Numbered from the stretch's first letter, positions 12,869 through 26,850 are shown. The stretch: DNA of 64,000 bases from Amoeboaphelidium protococcarum X5 (GCA_023515725.1 JALDTO010000009.1:20942-84941), one strand, 5' to 3'. The notes: generated by a model not told the origin, from the sequence alone. Numbers and translations: made by a program.

Positions 12869-14197
12869 ATGCTTAAAATTGCAAAACGCGCTTAAAATGC
12901 TTTCGCTACGGCTAAGAGTAATAATCAAGAGTCCTTGAATGGCCCTCTAATGCTATAGATATGCGGTAAACAGTACGCCCGTGATAATTGGACTAACGTT
13001 CCAAGTTCTATAATGATCAAAGCTTAGCGTCCTATTAAATTGCACAACTCTTTGGATCATCCTCTCTAAATTGTTAAAAGGAGAATTCAGAATGCTCTTA
13101 TAAGTTCAGATACCGGGAGTAAATACGCGATTCGAGACGAATTGGATCCTGTAGTAAGTGCCGTATAAAACTTTGATCAACTACTAGTTCCCACAGATCA
13201 TGTATCGCGATCCAAGTCTGATACCTATTACGTAAATAAAGATTATCTACTGAGAACTCATACCTCAGCTCATTAGTCTGAGCTAATATCTGAGTGCATC
13301 ATGTCAGGATCTTATGATGGGTTCTTGGCGGCTGCAGATGTGTATAGACGAGATGAGATTGATTCCGTACACTATCCCGTATTCCACCAGATGGAAGGAG
13401 TGAGACTGTTTAAATCGGTGCACGATGTTATTTAAGCTTTGGAATGTATATAAAACGGGGATATAGAGACTCCATCGTGTAATGAACTAGAAAATCCTAG
13501 ATAATCAGTACATGATCCAAAATTTTAACACATGGTGTCAGTGCATTTGAAAGCCACGATGGAGAGTGTGATGAAATCCATATTTTCGAATCGTAGTCTT
13601 TAATTCCGATGGATTGATACTTACTTCCCGTTCACCTCTCCAAGTTATGAGTTAGAGATCCTTTGGCACGGGAAATGGATCGAAGTCTTAGGCTGTGGAG
13701 TAGTTAGGGATGAGATTATAAAGAATGTCGCGTCACCACACTAATCTTAGATAAACGCTTACATTAACGGTATCGGCTGGGCATTTGGAATTGGTCTTGA
13801 GCGTATTGCAATGATCCTGTTCAACATTCCTGACATCAGATTGTTCTGGACTGACGATCAGAGATTCCACTCATAGTTCATAGGTATTGGCGATCGGAAT
13901 ATTCAATTTAATCCATACTCTAAGTATCCGCCAGTGTATAAAGACGTTTCGTTCTGGACTAACGCGCAGTTTCACGAGAACGATTTCGCCGAGTTGATTC
14001 GCGAATATGCTGGCGATCTGGTGGAAAATGTGACTCTAATTGACAGCTTCACTCATCCCAAGAGTGGACGTGAGAGTCGATGTTACCGTGTGCTCTATCG
14101 ATCCATGGAGAGAAATCTGCTGAACACTGAGATTGATTAAATACAAGACCAGGTGGTTAAGAATCTGAAAGATGTATTGAATCTCGAAATTCGGTGA
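12869..14197 (+). CDS. MSF1: Mitochondrial phenylalanyl-tRNA synthetase
   Basis: 442 aa: [78 protein letters not shown]-terminal FDX-ACB domain. Confidence 0.95.
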
Positions 14198-14570
14198 TTT
14201 CCATTAAAGTGAATGGTTTGAACTCTCTCGCTGGTTTACTTTTTTACTTCTATTCTTCTAAATTATCTCCTCAATGACTTCGTAATACATCTCGAGTATA
14301 AAATATTGTTTAAAATATTTTGGTAATGAATTACATAAATATCTGCTGACCCCAAATAGTGATCAATCTAGATTTCGCTCAAATTGAGTGCGATCATCGT
14401 GAGTTTTGCTCAATTTGAGTTTCGATCTTGCCGCGGCTCAGATCCGTTTCGTTTCGGCTCTCAGATTCTTCCTTCCTTCTTTCTCCTCTCAGTCTCAGTC
14501 TCTCTCTCTCTCCAACCTGTGCAAAGTGATCACTCAGACATTGTATAAATTGGGATTTATATTTAGTAAA

Positions 14571-16355
14571 ATGATGCCTTAAATGCACATGTAGTATGCT
14601 CCGTAGTAGTATTAGGGGTAGCCTGTTGCTTAGCACGGTCAGGTTCCTCAGTAGCATCCTGGATAAGCTGCCGTTTCGCATCCTTACATGTATCCTCCTC
14701 ATGCGGCGCAGCAAAGTTAGCAAGTACAACCGCACATGTAACATCAGTAATAGTAGTAGTAATAATAATAGTAGTAGTTGTAAGCTTAATAGTAGTTTGC
14801 TGGCTCTCATATGCATCATTATTAGTAAAACTAGGCTATCCATCAGCATTAGTAGCCGTAGTAGTAATAGTAATTGACTCATCATCATTAGTAGCAAAAG
14901 TAGCAAGAACAGTAAATTGTTCATTAGGCTATGCACTAGAAATTAGTGCAGATGAATGAGAGCTCTTGGATTTTGCTTGGAAACCTGGCGGAGACTCTTG
15001 GTGAGGCCGACAGAGCGTTGGTTTGCTTTGAGAATGCTCTGCGTCACAATCCTTACTCTATTCATGCTCTTTCTCAGGTGGCATATCTGTAGTAGTATAA
15101 AGAGCGCTATCACTAGGCGATTGAGTATTTTCAGAGGGTGCTGAATGTGGAGCAGAATAACGGCGAAGTATGGGCATCTCTTGGTCAATGTTACCTGGCT
15201 GTGGAAGATCTGGGCAAAGCTTACAATTCGTTCCAGCAGGCGCTGTATTATCTGCAGAATCCAAAGAGTGCCAAGCTGTGGTTCAATATTGGTCTGTTGT
15301 ATGATCGTTATTACTCTTTTGATCACGCAGAGGAAGCCTTTACTTCTGTACTCAAGATTGACCCTCAATATGAAGCGTAAGGAGAAGTTTACTTCAAGTT
15401 GGGCTAAATTTATATGAATCAGCAAAAGTTTGAAAAGAGCCTTCAGTGCTTCAATCACCTATTATCGAACAAGACTTTGATTAAGCAGCCGTTGAAGGAA
15501 GTGGATGTAAAGTTGTAGATTGGACACATTCATGAAGTGTAGAAGAATTTGAGTAAAGCCAAGGAGATTTATCATTCGCTTTAAGCTGAACATCCTGATG
15601 ATCCAAAGTTATTGCAATAGTTTGGCTGGCTTTCTGCTTAGAACAATACAGAGTTTTATGACTTGGACAAGGCTGTGAGTTTATTACAAAAGTCTGCTGA
15701 ACTGGATGCCACTGATGCTTTAACTCATTACCTGCTGGGAAGATGTTATATGTAGCAGTAAAAGTATAATAATGCGTACGATAGTTATCAATAGGCTGTG
15801 TATCGCGATAGTAGGAATGCAATTTTCTGGTGCTCTATCGGTGTTTTGTATTATCAAATCTATTAGTACCGAGATGCTTTAGATGCATATACAAGGGCCA
15901 TCCGCTTGAATCCTTATATAAGCGAGGTGTGGTATAACTTGGGTATATTGTATGAAAGCTGTAATAATCAGATCCGTGATGCTCTGGATGCGTACTAAAG
16001 AGCGGCTGATATGGATTAGAAAAATACTCTGATTCGGGACCGTCTCACCTATCTGAAGCAGTTGTAGAGTAGTGGCGGTGGCTCAGGACAGGTTTAGTAA
16101 CCTGGTGAAAGTGCAATCAAACCACCGCCAGCTGTTGAAATCGATCCTCTTACGTATCGTCCGTAATAGCCGGCTGATGGTGACAAGCGCGCAGTTGGAA
16201 AGATGCGCGGCTTTGATGAGTAGAATTCTGGAAATAGTGGTAGTAGTGGAGGTTAGTCATCCCATCCACATGTTGCTCCTGTGAATTTGAGTCAGTAGTA
16301 ATAGAAGGAACAAATTTAACAAGGCTCAGTCAAATAAGATGAGAGGTAAAAATGA
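14571..16355 (+). CDS. CYC8: Cyc8/Ssn6 TPR transcriptional corepressor
   Basis: PolyQ N-terminus encoded largely by TAA/TAG, followed by TPRs: LWFNIGLLYDRY, YQQAVYRDSRNAIFWCSIGVLYYQI, RAIRLNPYISEVWYNLGILYESCNNQ. Confidence 0.92.
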
Positions 16356-16478
16356 AGTTCTAAATCTATGTGAATTGACTATTATGAATCTCTATAAATA
16401 GTTTGAATTGAATATAAATGTTTGGTTTAAGATGATAATACTAACAGACGATGTATATGTATTGATTGAAATTTACAC

Positions 16479-17648
16479 TCATTAATTAGACTAAACACCT
16501 TATCGCTGCTATTACTACTTTTAAGATTAAAGCCTCTACTCAATCTCACGTTGAGCCAGCGCACGTCTCCGATCAGCTTCACTCTGTGGTGGCTATTGAT
16601 GTTTTAGCTTTGACGGAGATGGATTCTTCAGAGGCGACGTTTATTACTGAGGCTACTAAAGCTATTACTACTGCTATTACTACTAGTAGTAAGAATTGGT
16701 TTAATTCGCATTGACCGCATTAACAATTTATATGGGAGAGTTAAATGCACCACCAGACTACTGAGAGTGAGGCAACTCTTGATCGACACGTCGAGGTATT
16801 AACACTGAAGATTTAGACGCTAATTTATAAAGAGCATCCACGATATACTTGGTATATTTATGAGTAGATTGAGGAAGAAATGCAATGAAAGCGAAGTGAT
16901 CCACACCGCCATTGATCAATGTATTAACTCTGACGGAACTTTAGAATCGCAGATAGTACCACGAATTAATTACAGCTATCGTGCTCGATAAGGCAATATT
17001 CTAAAAATTACGCAATGGTAAAAGTATGGACCAAAAGAATACAGAGTCCACTAATAGCCAGTTGTCTTTAAAGTTCAAAGCTGACGTGATCAAGGCAAAA
17101 ACACCAAGCGCAGAAGTATAATACAGCCATAGATCTGAATATTGAACAGTAAGCGCTAATTGAGGAACTTTTACAACCTGATTCGGTTAGAGGTACTTCA
17201 AAGCAACCATGTACGCACTGAGAACAGTCCACTGACTATAAATCATGGTGTCATACCAGTACAGAACATTACCACCAGCAGCCGCAGTGATAATCAACTG
17301 ACAAAGTAGCACCAGGTAGGCGATTATCGTTGAAGTCGCGACAGTGAAACTAATCAACTTTACAAACTCCACTGAACCTAATTATCTCTCTAATTGTTGT
17401 CCTATTGACAGAGTCACAACCATATTAAATATGAACATTAATAGAGAGGGTTCGATAAGACTACTAGTAAATAATCGCCAAACTTATGCAGGATTCGCTG
17501 GTAGAAATGCCAAAAATCTGACCAGAGTTACTGCTCCAACTGCATACAGAATCAAATTGAGTAGATACAAAGTAACTTGCGCACCCGCCAAGTACTTTGT
17601 ACACTGCGGCAACCTCTTTACATACTCTATAAACAATTTAAAATTCAT
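16479..17648 (-). CDS. TMEM115/DUF1751 rhomboid-like membrane protein
   Basis: 389 aa: QVWRLFTSSLIE...IGQQLERQLGSVEFVKLI...VALKYL...SEADRRRALAQREIEQRL. Confidence 0.75.
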
Positions 17649-17816
17649 TAAATTCAATCAAATTAGTGTCTTGTGTGACTAAAATTTTCCTAGTATTTAA
17701 ACTTTCAGGAACTTAGTTTATGGACAAAGAATTTGCGCCAAAAGCATTTCTTTCAGTCAGAAAACCTCAACGCTTAAAGTTTCGCTGGTGAATGAACCGT
17801 GTAGCGTTGAAATTCA

Positions 17817-18823
17817 ATGACAGCATCAAGAGCATATTCGCATGTTCCAGTTTTATTGAATGAAGTGATGTAGTGCTTGAATCAACTAAAATCGATTAAT
17901 ATTGTATGCGATATGACATTCGGATACGGTGGATACTCTAGCGAAGTTTTGAAGCGATTTCCGTCCAGTCGCGTTTTTGCTATCGATAGAGATCCATTGG
18001 CTGTCAATAGAGGCTAATAACTATCATCCTAGTACTTAGAATAAAGATTAATTGCGCGATTATCGAAATTCAGTAATCTACTAAATGTCTTGCCTACAGA
18101 CGTAAATGGCAGTGTTGACGCTATTTTATTCGATTTAGGCGTCTCATCAATGCAGGTAGGTTCATTTGACTTATGGGATATTATTTAATATTTTCCTCGT
18201 TATATTTTGTAGATTGATGATCCATAGCGAGGATTTTCGTTCAAGAAGGATGGACCGCTCGATATGAGAATGTCAAGTTAAACGTTTGGTGGAACATCAG
18301 CTGCAGAACTGGTCAATTTTGCTCCTAAACACGAACTAGCGCGCATAATCAAGGAGGTAATATATTGTCATAATACAATTGGGAATATAATTTATCGATT
18401 AAAGTGTAGTTTGGCGAAGAGAAAATGGCTGATAAGATTGCCAGTTAAATTGACTTGGAGCGGTCACGAAGATAAATTGTTTCAACTTTCGATTTGGCAC
18501 GAGTGGTTGAGTAAAGTGTACCGCGCGCTTTCAGTTAAAAATCTGTAAGTCGCGTATTCTAAGCTCTGCGTATGGCTGTGAATGAAGAGTTGGCTGAACT
18601 GCAGGCGGGATTGAGTCTTAGTAAGCATGTATTACGACCAGGAGGCATGCTGATATGCGTGTCTTTCCACTCTCTTGAAGACAGAGTGGTGAAGAATTTT
18701 ATGAAACGATCGCCGGCTGATTTCTCGATCGCCACCAAGAAGCCGATCCTCCCATCGCACGAAGAATTGCTGATGAATCCGCGTTCGAGAAGTGCCAAAC
18801 TAAGGGCGGCTATAAAGTGCTGA
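17817..18823 (+). CDS. rRNA m4C methyltransferase RsmH/MraW (METTL15-like; introns 18156-18212, 18357-18409)
   Basis: HVPVLLNEV, DMTFGYGGYS, AIDRD, FDLGVSSMQ|IDDPQRGFSFKKDGPLDMRM, |FGEE, VSFHSLEDRVVK, NPRSRSAKLRAA. Confidence 0.92.
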
Positions 18824-18882
18824 ACTTGACCTGACGGTCATATTTCCTACCATGCATTCAGTTGTATATATAAAACCATTAA

Positions 18883-19512
18883 TCAATTTAGTTTTTTCAA
18901 ACAACTTTTGAGACATTCGTATATGATATCTGACAGCGTTCGAATCGAGTGAGGTCGATCTTCTTCAGGAACATGGATGAACAAAGCTTTACATTGCGGC
19001 ATAAGACTCAATGCTTTGTAATAACTGTAGTTGCATAAGTATCTCCCAGGATCTTTACTAAGTTCGACTTCCATATTTAAAGCATTCTTGACGTGGTTTT
19101 GAATTAAAGATACAGACAGCTAAGTTTTGAGAATGTTTCCGGCTTGATCTCTGTTATTTACCACTTTATCAATCGGTTCCTGACCGTCAACATCCAAGCC
19201 CTTGACTTCGTTATAAGCTTATTACTCTAGTCTGACTTGAGCGCTTTTACCGGCTACACCAACGTGAACAATGATCAAGGGATATGGGCTGTGATTAACA
19301 GAAGGCTATAATTTAAGCAATTTATTCGCGTATAGATCATCAACTGTCTTGTAAGATACGCGAAGTTCAAGTTTTACCACATCCACATTACGGCTGCCAT
19401 CTTCATCCTCGCCTATTGTAACTGCTGATGGTAGCGCTTTGACAGCTTTCATACTCGGGTTATCAGGATGGGTCTCAAAGGCCGAGAATCCTGTAACTAG
19501 AATCCAATCCAT
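18883..19512 (-). CDS. Pyroglutamyl-peptidase I (C15)
   Basis: ILVTGFSAFETHPDNPS...IVHVGV...SKDPGRYLCNYSYY...LFIHVP. Confidence 0.9.
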
Positions 19513-19725
19513 TTTTTAGTATTAAAACTAATCCATATTCGCTATTATGAAGAGTTGAATTGGATTCAAGCTTTATTCGTAGCTGGCGAAAACTCTGTGC
19601 ACATACAACTTTAAATCATCTAAGCCTTAGAATCGACAAAGATCAGTGGAAATAGCAAATAATAAATATCAAACATTTTCATAATTATTCATTCACGTCG
19701 TCTTTTTCAACATTCACAGTCTTGA

Positions 19726-22700
19726 TCATTGTTACTGAAAGCTCATACTTTTCATACTGTCCACCAAGTTCTACTTGTCGATGGTTCCAAGTCCATTCAA
19801 AGCCTCGCTGGTCAATCTTGTGATGAGGGCAGTGGACTCGATAAACTTGCCCAAATCAATAATACCGCTCTTGACTCCTTCCAAAGACACGCCAGATTGA
19901 GCCACCATATACTCAAAGAATCTTAGAAAATCAAAAGCTTCAAAACGCTTCGATTGACTGAAGCAGTGGATCAACGTAGTGCCAGCGTAGAGAGGGCTAT
20001 CTCCAAAAAGATCACGATTGGTATACTCATTATCACTAGGTGGAGGAATAGCATATGCAAACAGCAATCCACTCCATAGGCGATAAAACTCCTCAGAATG
20101 TTCAATTGGCAAATCGTCATTTGCGACTTGTGGCTCCCATTGGGGTCTAATCTCAACAAGTAGTAACTTCAACTTTTCCAAATACAACTTCAACATACTA
20201 GGAATACGAGTAGATTAAGTAGCACTGTGACAATTATCAGCTTATTCAGCAAACGACCATACCATATTTCTTCCATTCAATAACTTCTCCGCTTCGGTGA
20301 TAACATTTTTTGCAACAAGCTTCGGATCAGCTTTGCCCTCCATCGTGCCGCAGACTTCTCCCACCAAATCTCCGTACTATACAGCAGATGAAGCTGCATC
20401 ATTGGCAATTACAACATCCATAAGCATAAAGAACAGCACATAATTGCCAACCTCTCTGAATACCTAAAACACCCCAGATCTCAAATCTCTGTAACTGATA
20501 AGCGGCTTCAAAATCAGGGAGAAGTAATCAAATGCTCCCTGCGGCCCATACTCGAATGGTGGCAATTTAGTAGAGTGAGGCATACCTTTCATCAGAGCTT
20601 GCACATACGGCGTAACGTTCAATTTTAGTATTAAATCTGTACTTCGAGCCATTTCTCCAACCATAACTCCCAAATGCTTAGCACCAACAATTCTATACAG
20701 AGCTTCAAAGTGAGGTACACCAATAAAATCTTTATACAACTGACAGATTGCATTATGAGCCTAGAATAATTGCTTAGAACCACACAAATACATCGGCAAC
20801 GTCTTTGGAAGCGGTGGACGCTAACTCTCGGAAGCTACAGATAGAGGAGTTCTAACAAAGCGACCAGTGAAGGCATTATAACAGTAGTTTGTTGTAAAGT
20901 CATTCAAAAGCTCCTGAATCGAGTGAGCAACAATACGGCCATTAAAAGTGACAAGACTAGTCTCTTCATCCACCTCAGCCATAAAACTCTCAAACGGCTC
21001 CAGCACCATAAACTAGCTCAATAGCTTATGAGTGTACTTGTTATGCTGAATAAGACGCTCCAACTCGATGACGCTACTAAATTCAGATGCTTCATATCTG
21101 GAAACCGCAACATCCAAGCTCTATCTTAGATGAATCTCACAATGCTGAGCTACTAATTTTGAAATATTTATATGGCGGCCGAGCAACTGGAAAGTTTTCT
21201 ATTGCAAAACTGTCCCATATGGAATATCCACAAAATCGAAGCGATCATCGACAGCCATTAATTTGTCAGAGGCGGCCTTTTTGAAAGCAGTATCGAGTAG
21301 CAGAGACGAGGCCTAAATCTTGAAATGAGTGAACACTTTCTGTGCCATTTTCCATATAAACTGATCAAAGCACAGATTCAGCTCAGCCTCCAGCTCATCA
21401 TACAGAAATCTAGAGCGCAGATGATGCAAAGCACGGTTGGCAGCATCGTTATATATCTCAAGAGGATACATGAGATATTCCACAAGATCAGGACTTTCAC
21501 TATCGAGCACAGTCTCGGCCAGTATCCAAGGAAGAGACATTTCGATGGGAAACTGAATCTATTTCGTCACCTCCAAATAAAACTCTTTGTACCACAGCTC
21601 AGACATGTCAGAGCATTCCAAAACGCATTAATCAAAATTAAGCATTGCAGCAAAGGAGTGGGTTCTACTAACAAAATCAGAAACCTCCTGTACATGCTGA
21701 TCCTTGAAATCCTTTTCCTTCAGAAAACCACCTTGCATCCCCTTAGATCTTTCGTTTATTAGGGATTCCAAAAGACTGCTCACATAATGTATTTAAGTGA
21801 GCGATGCCACAAGCATTTTACCATTTAAACCTCCAACAACAAATGAAGGCATCTAATTTCCAAGCTGAGAAACACCACCAGTCTGAGGAAGTGGAGACGG
21901 CTTCTTGACACCTTCTTCCAGAACATCCTGATCAAATCGGTCATTCAAGATGCTATATAACGACTACAAAATATTCAAAGAAGGCTTCTTCTTCTTTTAC
22001 AAATGCTGAACCATGTCTTTCAGTGTCGTCCTAATGAACGATTGGATGGACAAGTAAACATGCTTGTAAATGCACTCGGTAAATGATACACCAGATGATT
22101 ATTCCAAAAACATGCCAGCCAAAGACTTAATCATCCCAATACACTCGACAAGAGCATATCTCTCCTCAACGCTGTAGTTGTAACGCACTGCCAACTCATA
22201 AAGGGACGCAACTTCTGGAATACTTTTATTAGATGAAGCGCTCACTGGATTGGCAAACTTCCACGCACTCTACTCCAAGACTTTAGATGTCCAATCTGAC
22301 ATCAACTAAACTCCTTTCAGAGCCAGGGAGTAAATCAAATGACCTTCAGATTCAGGAAATACTCTCATTTGTGCTTGACAAGCCAAGACTTGAGACTAGG
22401 TAGCCTTGAGTTGTATAACAAAGTCAAAATACGTTGACCGTATAGAGTCAATCTAATTCAACAGACTGTAGGAACTAACCAAAATCGCATCATTAGGATC
22501 ATGTTCAAACTTCAAAGAGGCCAATCTAGGAGTTTTCACAAAGAATGAAGCCAAAACCATACTAAGATCACCAAAGAAAGGCACCACTGGATTGGCCTTG
22601 ATAATTTTCTACATTCTGTCAATTCTCAATCTCTTGCGCCTAGTGACATCACCCTCATCTCCACCAAAATCGATCAGCCATAAACCATAGACAATACACT

Positions 22701-23601
22701 TTAAGAGCATCCATTTATCAGATGGTTTTACCCACTGCTTATTTTCAAACGATGTAGCACAAAAGTTAACAAGATCGACAATCAAATCCTCAAATCCGGG
22801 AGCCTCCTTAATCAACTTATCCTTCAAGCGCTAACTGAAGACATTCTAACTACCAAGAAAAGCATGCAGTAAATGATTTTCCATAGTCTCATCTTCCATC
22901 TCACCAGTCAGATTCTTCAAATTTGATTGCGTACGCTTGTAGATACTGAAGTCATTATTCAACGATGCCTTGCTATTCTTGAGCAGATCAATCACCATGA
23001 CAAGATCCAACATCTAGGCCATGGCGGTCATAAAGTCAGAACTAGGAGCCGCCTCTTTAAATTCACGGCCTTCTCCAACAATCTTCTGAATAGCTGACGC
23101 ACTTGATCCACTGGCAGCCATCTAGACAACTGAATCTTTCACAACGTAAAACTCTGGGGCCATTGACCGCACAGTAGTAGTGATAAGATTGACACATTCA
23201 TCACAGTAGGTACTCAAATCTTTCATCTTGCGAATCTCAGGCTTCAAGACATCGTAAGCAGCCTTGTACATATCAGTTCTGTTGGCCTGTTCCTAATTCT
23301 ACGCCTAAGGGATTCCTCTAGAGACTCCACGGTAAGAGTACAACATTGCAACGATGACTCTACCGACATGCATGCTCTCTTCCAACTTATTTACGAACTA
23401 AGTCTCTTTAAACTGAACAGTCTGGGCAAAAGCTATAGAGAACAGCTTATCATCACACAGACTCCCACTCTGGACACTTTCAAACAGAACATTAAACTAT
23501 TTCGGACTAGACACAGGATAAGACTTTTCCACAGACTGAAGTCTGTTCAGATTGTACTTGATATTTTCTGTATTACTCAATGCAACATTAAGATTATTCA
23601 T
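19726..23601 (-). CDS. CYFIP: CYFIP/Sra1 (WAVE regulatory complex subunit)
   Basis: Intronless, 1291 aa: [14 protein letters not shown]...NDFSIYKR...YELAVRYNY...[13 protein letters not shown]...[13 protein letters not shown]...[10 protein letters not shown]...[18 protein letters not shown]...EFYRLWSGL. Confidence 0.95.
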
Positions 23602-23937
23602 TGTCAGTGAATAATGCGTATTTAAATTCTGCTTCTAGAAAGAGAAGAGACTATAGCTTTGAGTAAAGAAGAACTTAATGAAAACTTTTGGCAATTCTGA
23701 AACGAGAGTGAAACGGCAATGGTCAAACGTAAGGATAACTCAGAGATCGGAAGCACTCCGCCGAGTGACTGACTGCGCGCGTAAGAAAGGCAACTGGAAA
23801 AGCAACTGCTGAAACAATTGGCGCGATAAAATGCTCCCCTTTCCTTTCCTTTGAAGATCAACGCTTAGTCATCGTTTACTATTAAATTGCTGGTACTTTT
23901 TAGTCTCGGGCGTCGGTAGAGACAGTTGTAAATTATT

Positions 23938-24258
23938 ATGTTTCCCAATGGGCAGGATAGGGGGTCTTTTGGAATGCAGCAAGTGCAGAATGAGCGAAGA
24001 AAGGTGGACGGCGCCAACTCTCAAGTGGACGAGGTTCTGGAAATGGCATTCAGTGCTCAGCAGTCTCTGCATGGTCAGCGAGACCGCTTGCTTGGATAAC
24101 GATCGCGTCTTAATGACAATGTCCTCACCCGAGTCCCTCAGATAAACTCTCTTTTAAATAAAATTGGTGTTAAAAAGAAGAAGGACGCCATAGTACTCGG
24201 TCTACTCATTGCCGGATGCATAGTATTGCTGCTTCTCTACCGTTGGGGATTAAGTTGA
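23938..24258 (+). CDS. GOS1: Gos1/GOSR1-like Qb-SNARE (SNARE motif + transmembrane anchor only, ~106 aa)
   Basis: QNERRKVDGANSQVDEVLEMA...LHGQRDRL...RVPQINSLLNKIGVKKKKDAIVLGLLIAGCIVLLLLY. The start codon is uncertain. Confidence 0.7.
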
Positions 24259-24359
24259 TCTAATATTTGAAAAAGAAATAAGTGTTAACCATACGAGTAA
24301 TGAATCAAGATGTATGCAAAAGATTATTTATATTATGAAATTGATGCCACGGATTACTT

Positions 24360-25175
24360 TCACTTCTCAGGCTGGTCCTCTTCGTCTTCCTCATCGATTG
24401 GCTCCAACTCTTCAAAGTCCTCCTCATCGTAATCCTCATATTCTTCATCATCATCCTCTTCTGGGCCCTGATAGTAAGACACGGCATGAGGATAGAGATC
24501 ACAACAGATCAGTGCGGCGACTTCACAGATTCCATTTCCACAGCCTTGCAACAGGTTGACCAAACTGATGCTATCATCAGCACCAGACTCTTGAATCTCC
24601 TAAGTGGACTTGAAAGTTGACTAGACGCCACCAGATGATGAGGATGAAGAATTAGAAGCTGATGAGCTGTTAAAAGTCTTCAAACCAACATCAGTCCACT
24701 CAATCGCGTCAATATTCTCAATGAAACCATTCTCTTCATGAATGACAGTGACGCACTTGGTGATGGACTCTGACTTCACATAATGGTTGTCCTTCTTGAA
24801 CTTGATAGTCAGCAGATACTGATTGTGAACATCAGCAGAAGCAGAAGAGGTAGAAGTTGACTCAGAAGAAGCAGTAGGACGCGTAACACGAACACCTTCA
24901 ATTGCATCCAACAACTCTTCGTCATGCTCAGAGGCGGCCAGAACACTCAGCACGGAATGATTCTGCAAGGCGATCGGCCAAAAGTGTGGAATCTTCTCCA
25001 ACAGACTGTCGCGCTTCGTAAACACCGGCTGACGTTTCACATCGTATTGATATTGCAATCTGGCCATCTCTTCAGCATACTCCACGTTGATCTCATCTAA
25101 TTAGTCTTCAAACTCTAGCAGAGTATCAAAGACATTAGACACGGTCTACTCCAGCTCATTGATTGACATGCTCAT
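24360..25175 (-). CDS. NAP-family histone chaperone (SET/TAF-I/Vps75-like)
   Basis: KRQPVFTKRDSLLEKIPHFWPIALQNH...IKFKKDNHY...IEWTD...DLYPHAVSYY plus acidic tail. Confidence 0.88.
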
Positions 25176-25256
25176 ACTTGCTATATATTTGTATTTGATA
25201 TACGGCTATTACTTTTTGATTTTTAAGAATTTGCGCGTTTTTACATTCGGAAGAGA

Positions 25257-25274
25257 TGTGTGTGTGTGTGTGTG
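25257..25274 (+). repeat. (TG)9 microsatellite
   Basis: Visible in the intergenic region upstream of the NAP-family gene. Confidence 0.9.
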
Positions 25275-25626
25275 ATTTCTTGACGAAAATGTTAAAAAAG
25301 TTTTAAGGAGCAGTGAGTGCCCCTTTTATGGTGGATAGATGTTTTGCTGTGATGTCTCGCGATCCAGGGTAGCTCAAGGAACTAGAACATTTCCGAATAA
25401 TATTGGGAGACTTCGTTTATTTAATTAACCTGGCGTCTTTGTGACTTTTCATTGCCAAATCTTATGATGTTTCGAGATGAATCGTTTTGATTTCTGAAGA
25501 TTGTTCCTTTATTTCGACACTCGTTCCTCCTCTCCTGTAACAATTAAATTAACAGTGATAAGTTTACCTTCCTAAAGATAATACTAAAAGTGTGAAATTC
25601 TAACACAAAATATAGTCAATTATAAT

Positions 25627-26850
25627 ATGGATAAAAAAGTAAGTATTGATAACATTCTGTACTTAGAGTAGCCGTTAATGAAAGTTCCTGCTGAGCAATT
25701 GCACAAGACGTTCAGAAATACTAGAAAATTGTTGGACAAGGAGATGAGCTATTTGCAGTAGAATATTCCAACCACTCAGGATGGCATAGATTCTGCTATA
25801 TCCCGTTTGAAGACTTTGAAGCGCAAGTTGTCTGAATGCTAGGCTGAAGAGTAAAAGTTTATAAAGCGTGTACAGATTCGGTCCAAGCACTTGACACAGA
25901 TTGCAGAGGTGTAGTCTATGGACGATGAAGTGTATCAACAGTGGACTCGTACTCGTCTTATCAGGATTCTGGTAGATTATCTGCTGCGTAAAGGCTACTT
26001 TGATGCTGCAGATGCTCTGACTAATCATTATCAGGTGTAGGAGTATGTTGATGTGGAGTTGTTTGCATCCACTCGTAAGATTGAAGAGTCGCTGCGTAAT
26101 CGCTCCTGTACCGAAGCCCTGCAGTGGTGTGTGGAGAATAAGAGTCACTTGAAGAAGGGTAATTCAGACTTTGAGTTTAATCTTCGCAAGCAGGAATATA
26201 TTGAGTTGGTGAAGGCTAAAGATTATCTTGGAGCCATACAGTACGCTCGCAAATACCTGAACTAATATTCCAGTGGCCAGATGGGGAAAGAGGTTCAAAA
26301 GTTGATGACTCTGCTCGTACTCTCCGAAAAAAAGCATCTACCTTCATAGTACAAGAAATAGTTTAGCTAGGATAATTGGGTGCAGCTTGTGTAATAGTTC
26401 AAGTAGGAGAATTATAATTTGAATCAACTCACTTCTCATACTCTGCTTGAGATTGTCCTTCAGGGTGGCCTGATTGCATTGAAGAATCCAAGTTGTATGA
26501 ACTCGCTGCAGCATAGTAATTAAAGTTCCAACTCTACCAGCCAAACGCGTCTCGTGTCAGATCTTAATCCCAACTGTCCAGTGTGCAACTTTCCTTTCAA
26601 TATTCTGGCTGAGAAGGTTCCATTAAGTCATCACACAACAAGTTGTATCGTGTGCCGCGTGTGGAATGTTATAATGGACGAAGATAATCCGCCAATGGTA
26701 CTTGAGAATGGCAATGTCTATTGTAAAGGCGCCATTGAAGAGATGAAAGATAAGTCCAGACGTGAAGGTGGGCATGATGGTAAAATAAAAGATCCATAAA
26801 CTGGAGAATGGCTGTCTGCCAGCAAGATAAAGAAGATTTTCTTGGCTTGA
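25627..26850 (+). CDS. FYV10: GID/CTLH E3 ligase subunit MAEA/Fyv10 (Gid9)
   Basis: 407 aa: LEQPLMKVP...RILVDYLLRKGY (LisH)...EALQWCVENKSHLKK...FEFNLRKQEYIEL...CPVC...HHTTSCIVC...MDEDNPPMVLENGNVY. Confidence 0.92.

Noticed and set aside
14394-14936. 180-aa poly-Leu ORF on the minus strand
   Set aside because: Antisense shadow of the TAG/TAA polyQ region of CYC8 (CTA/TTA = Leu).
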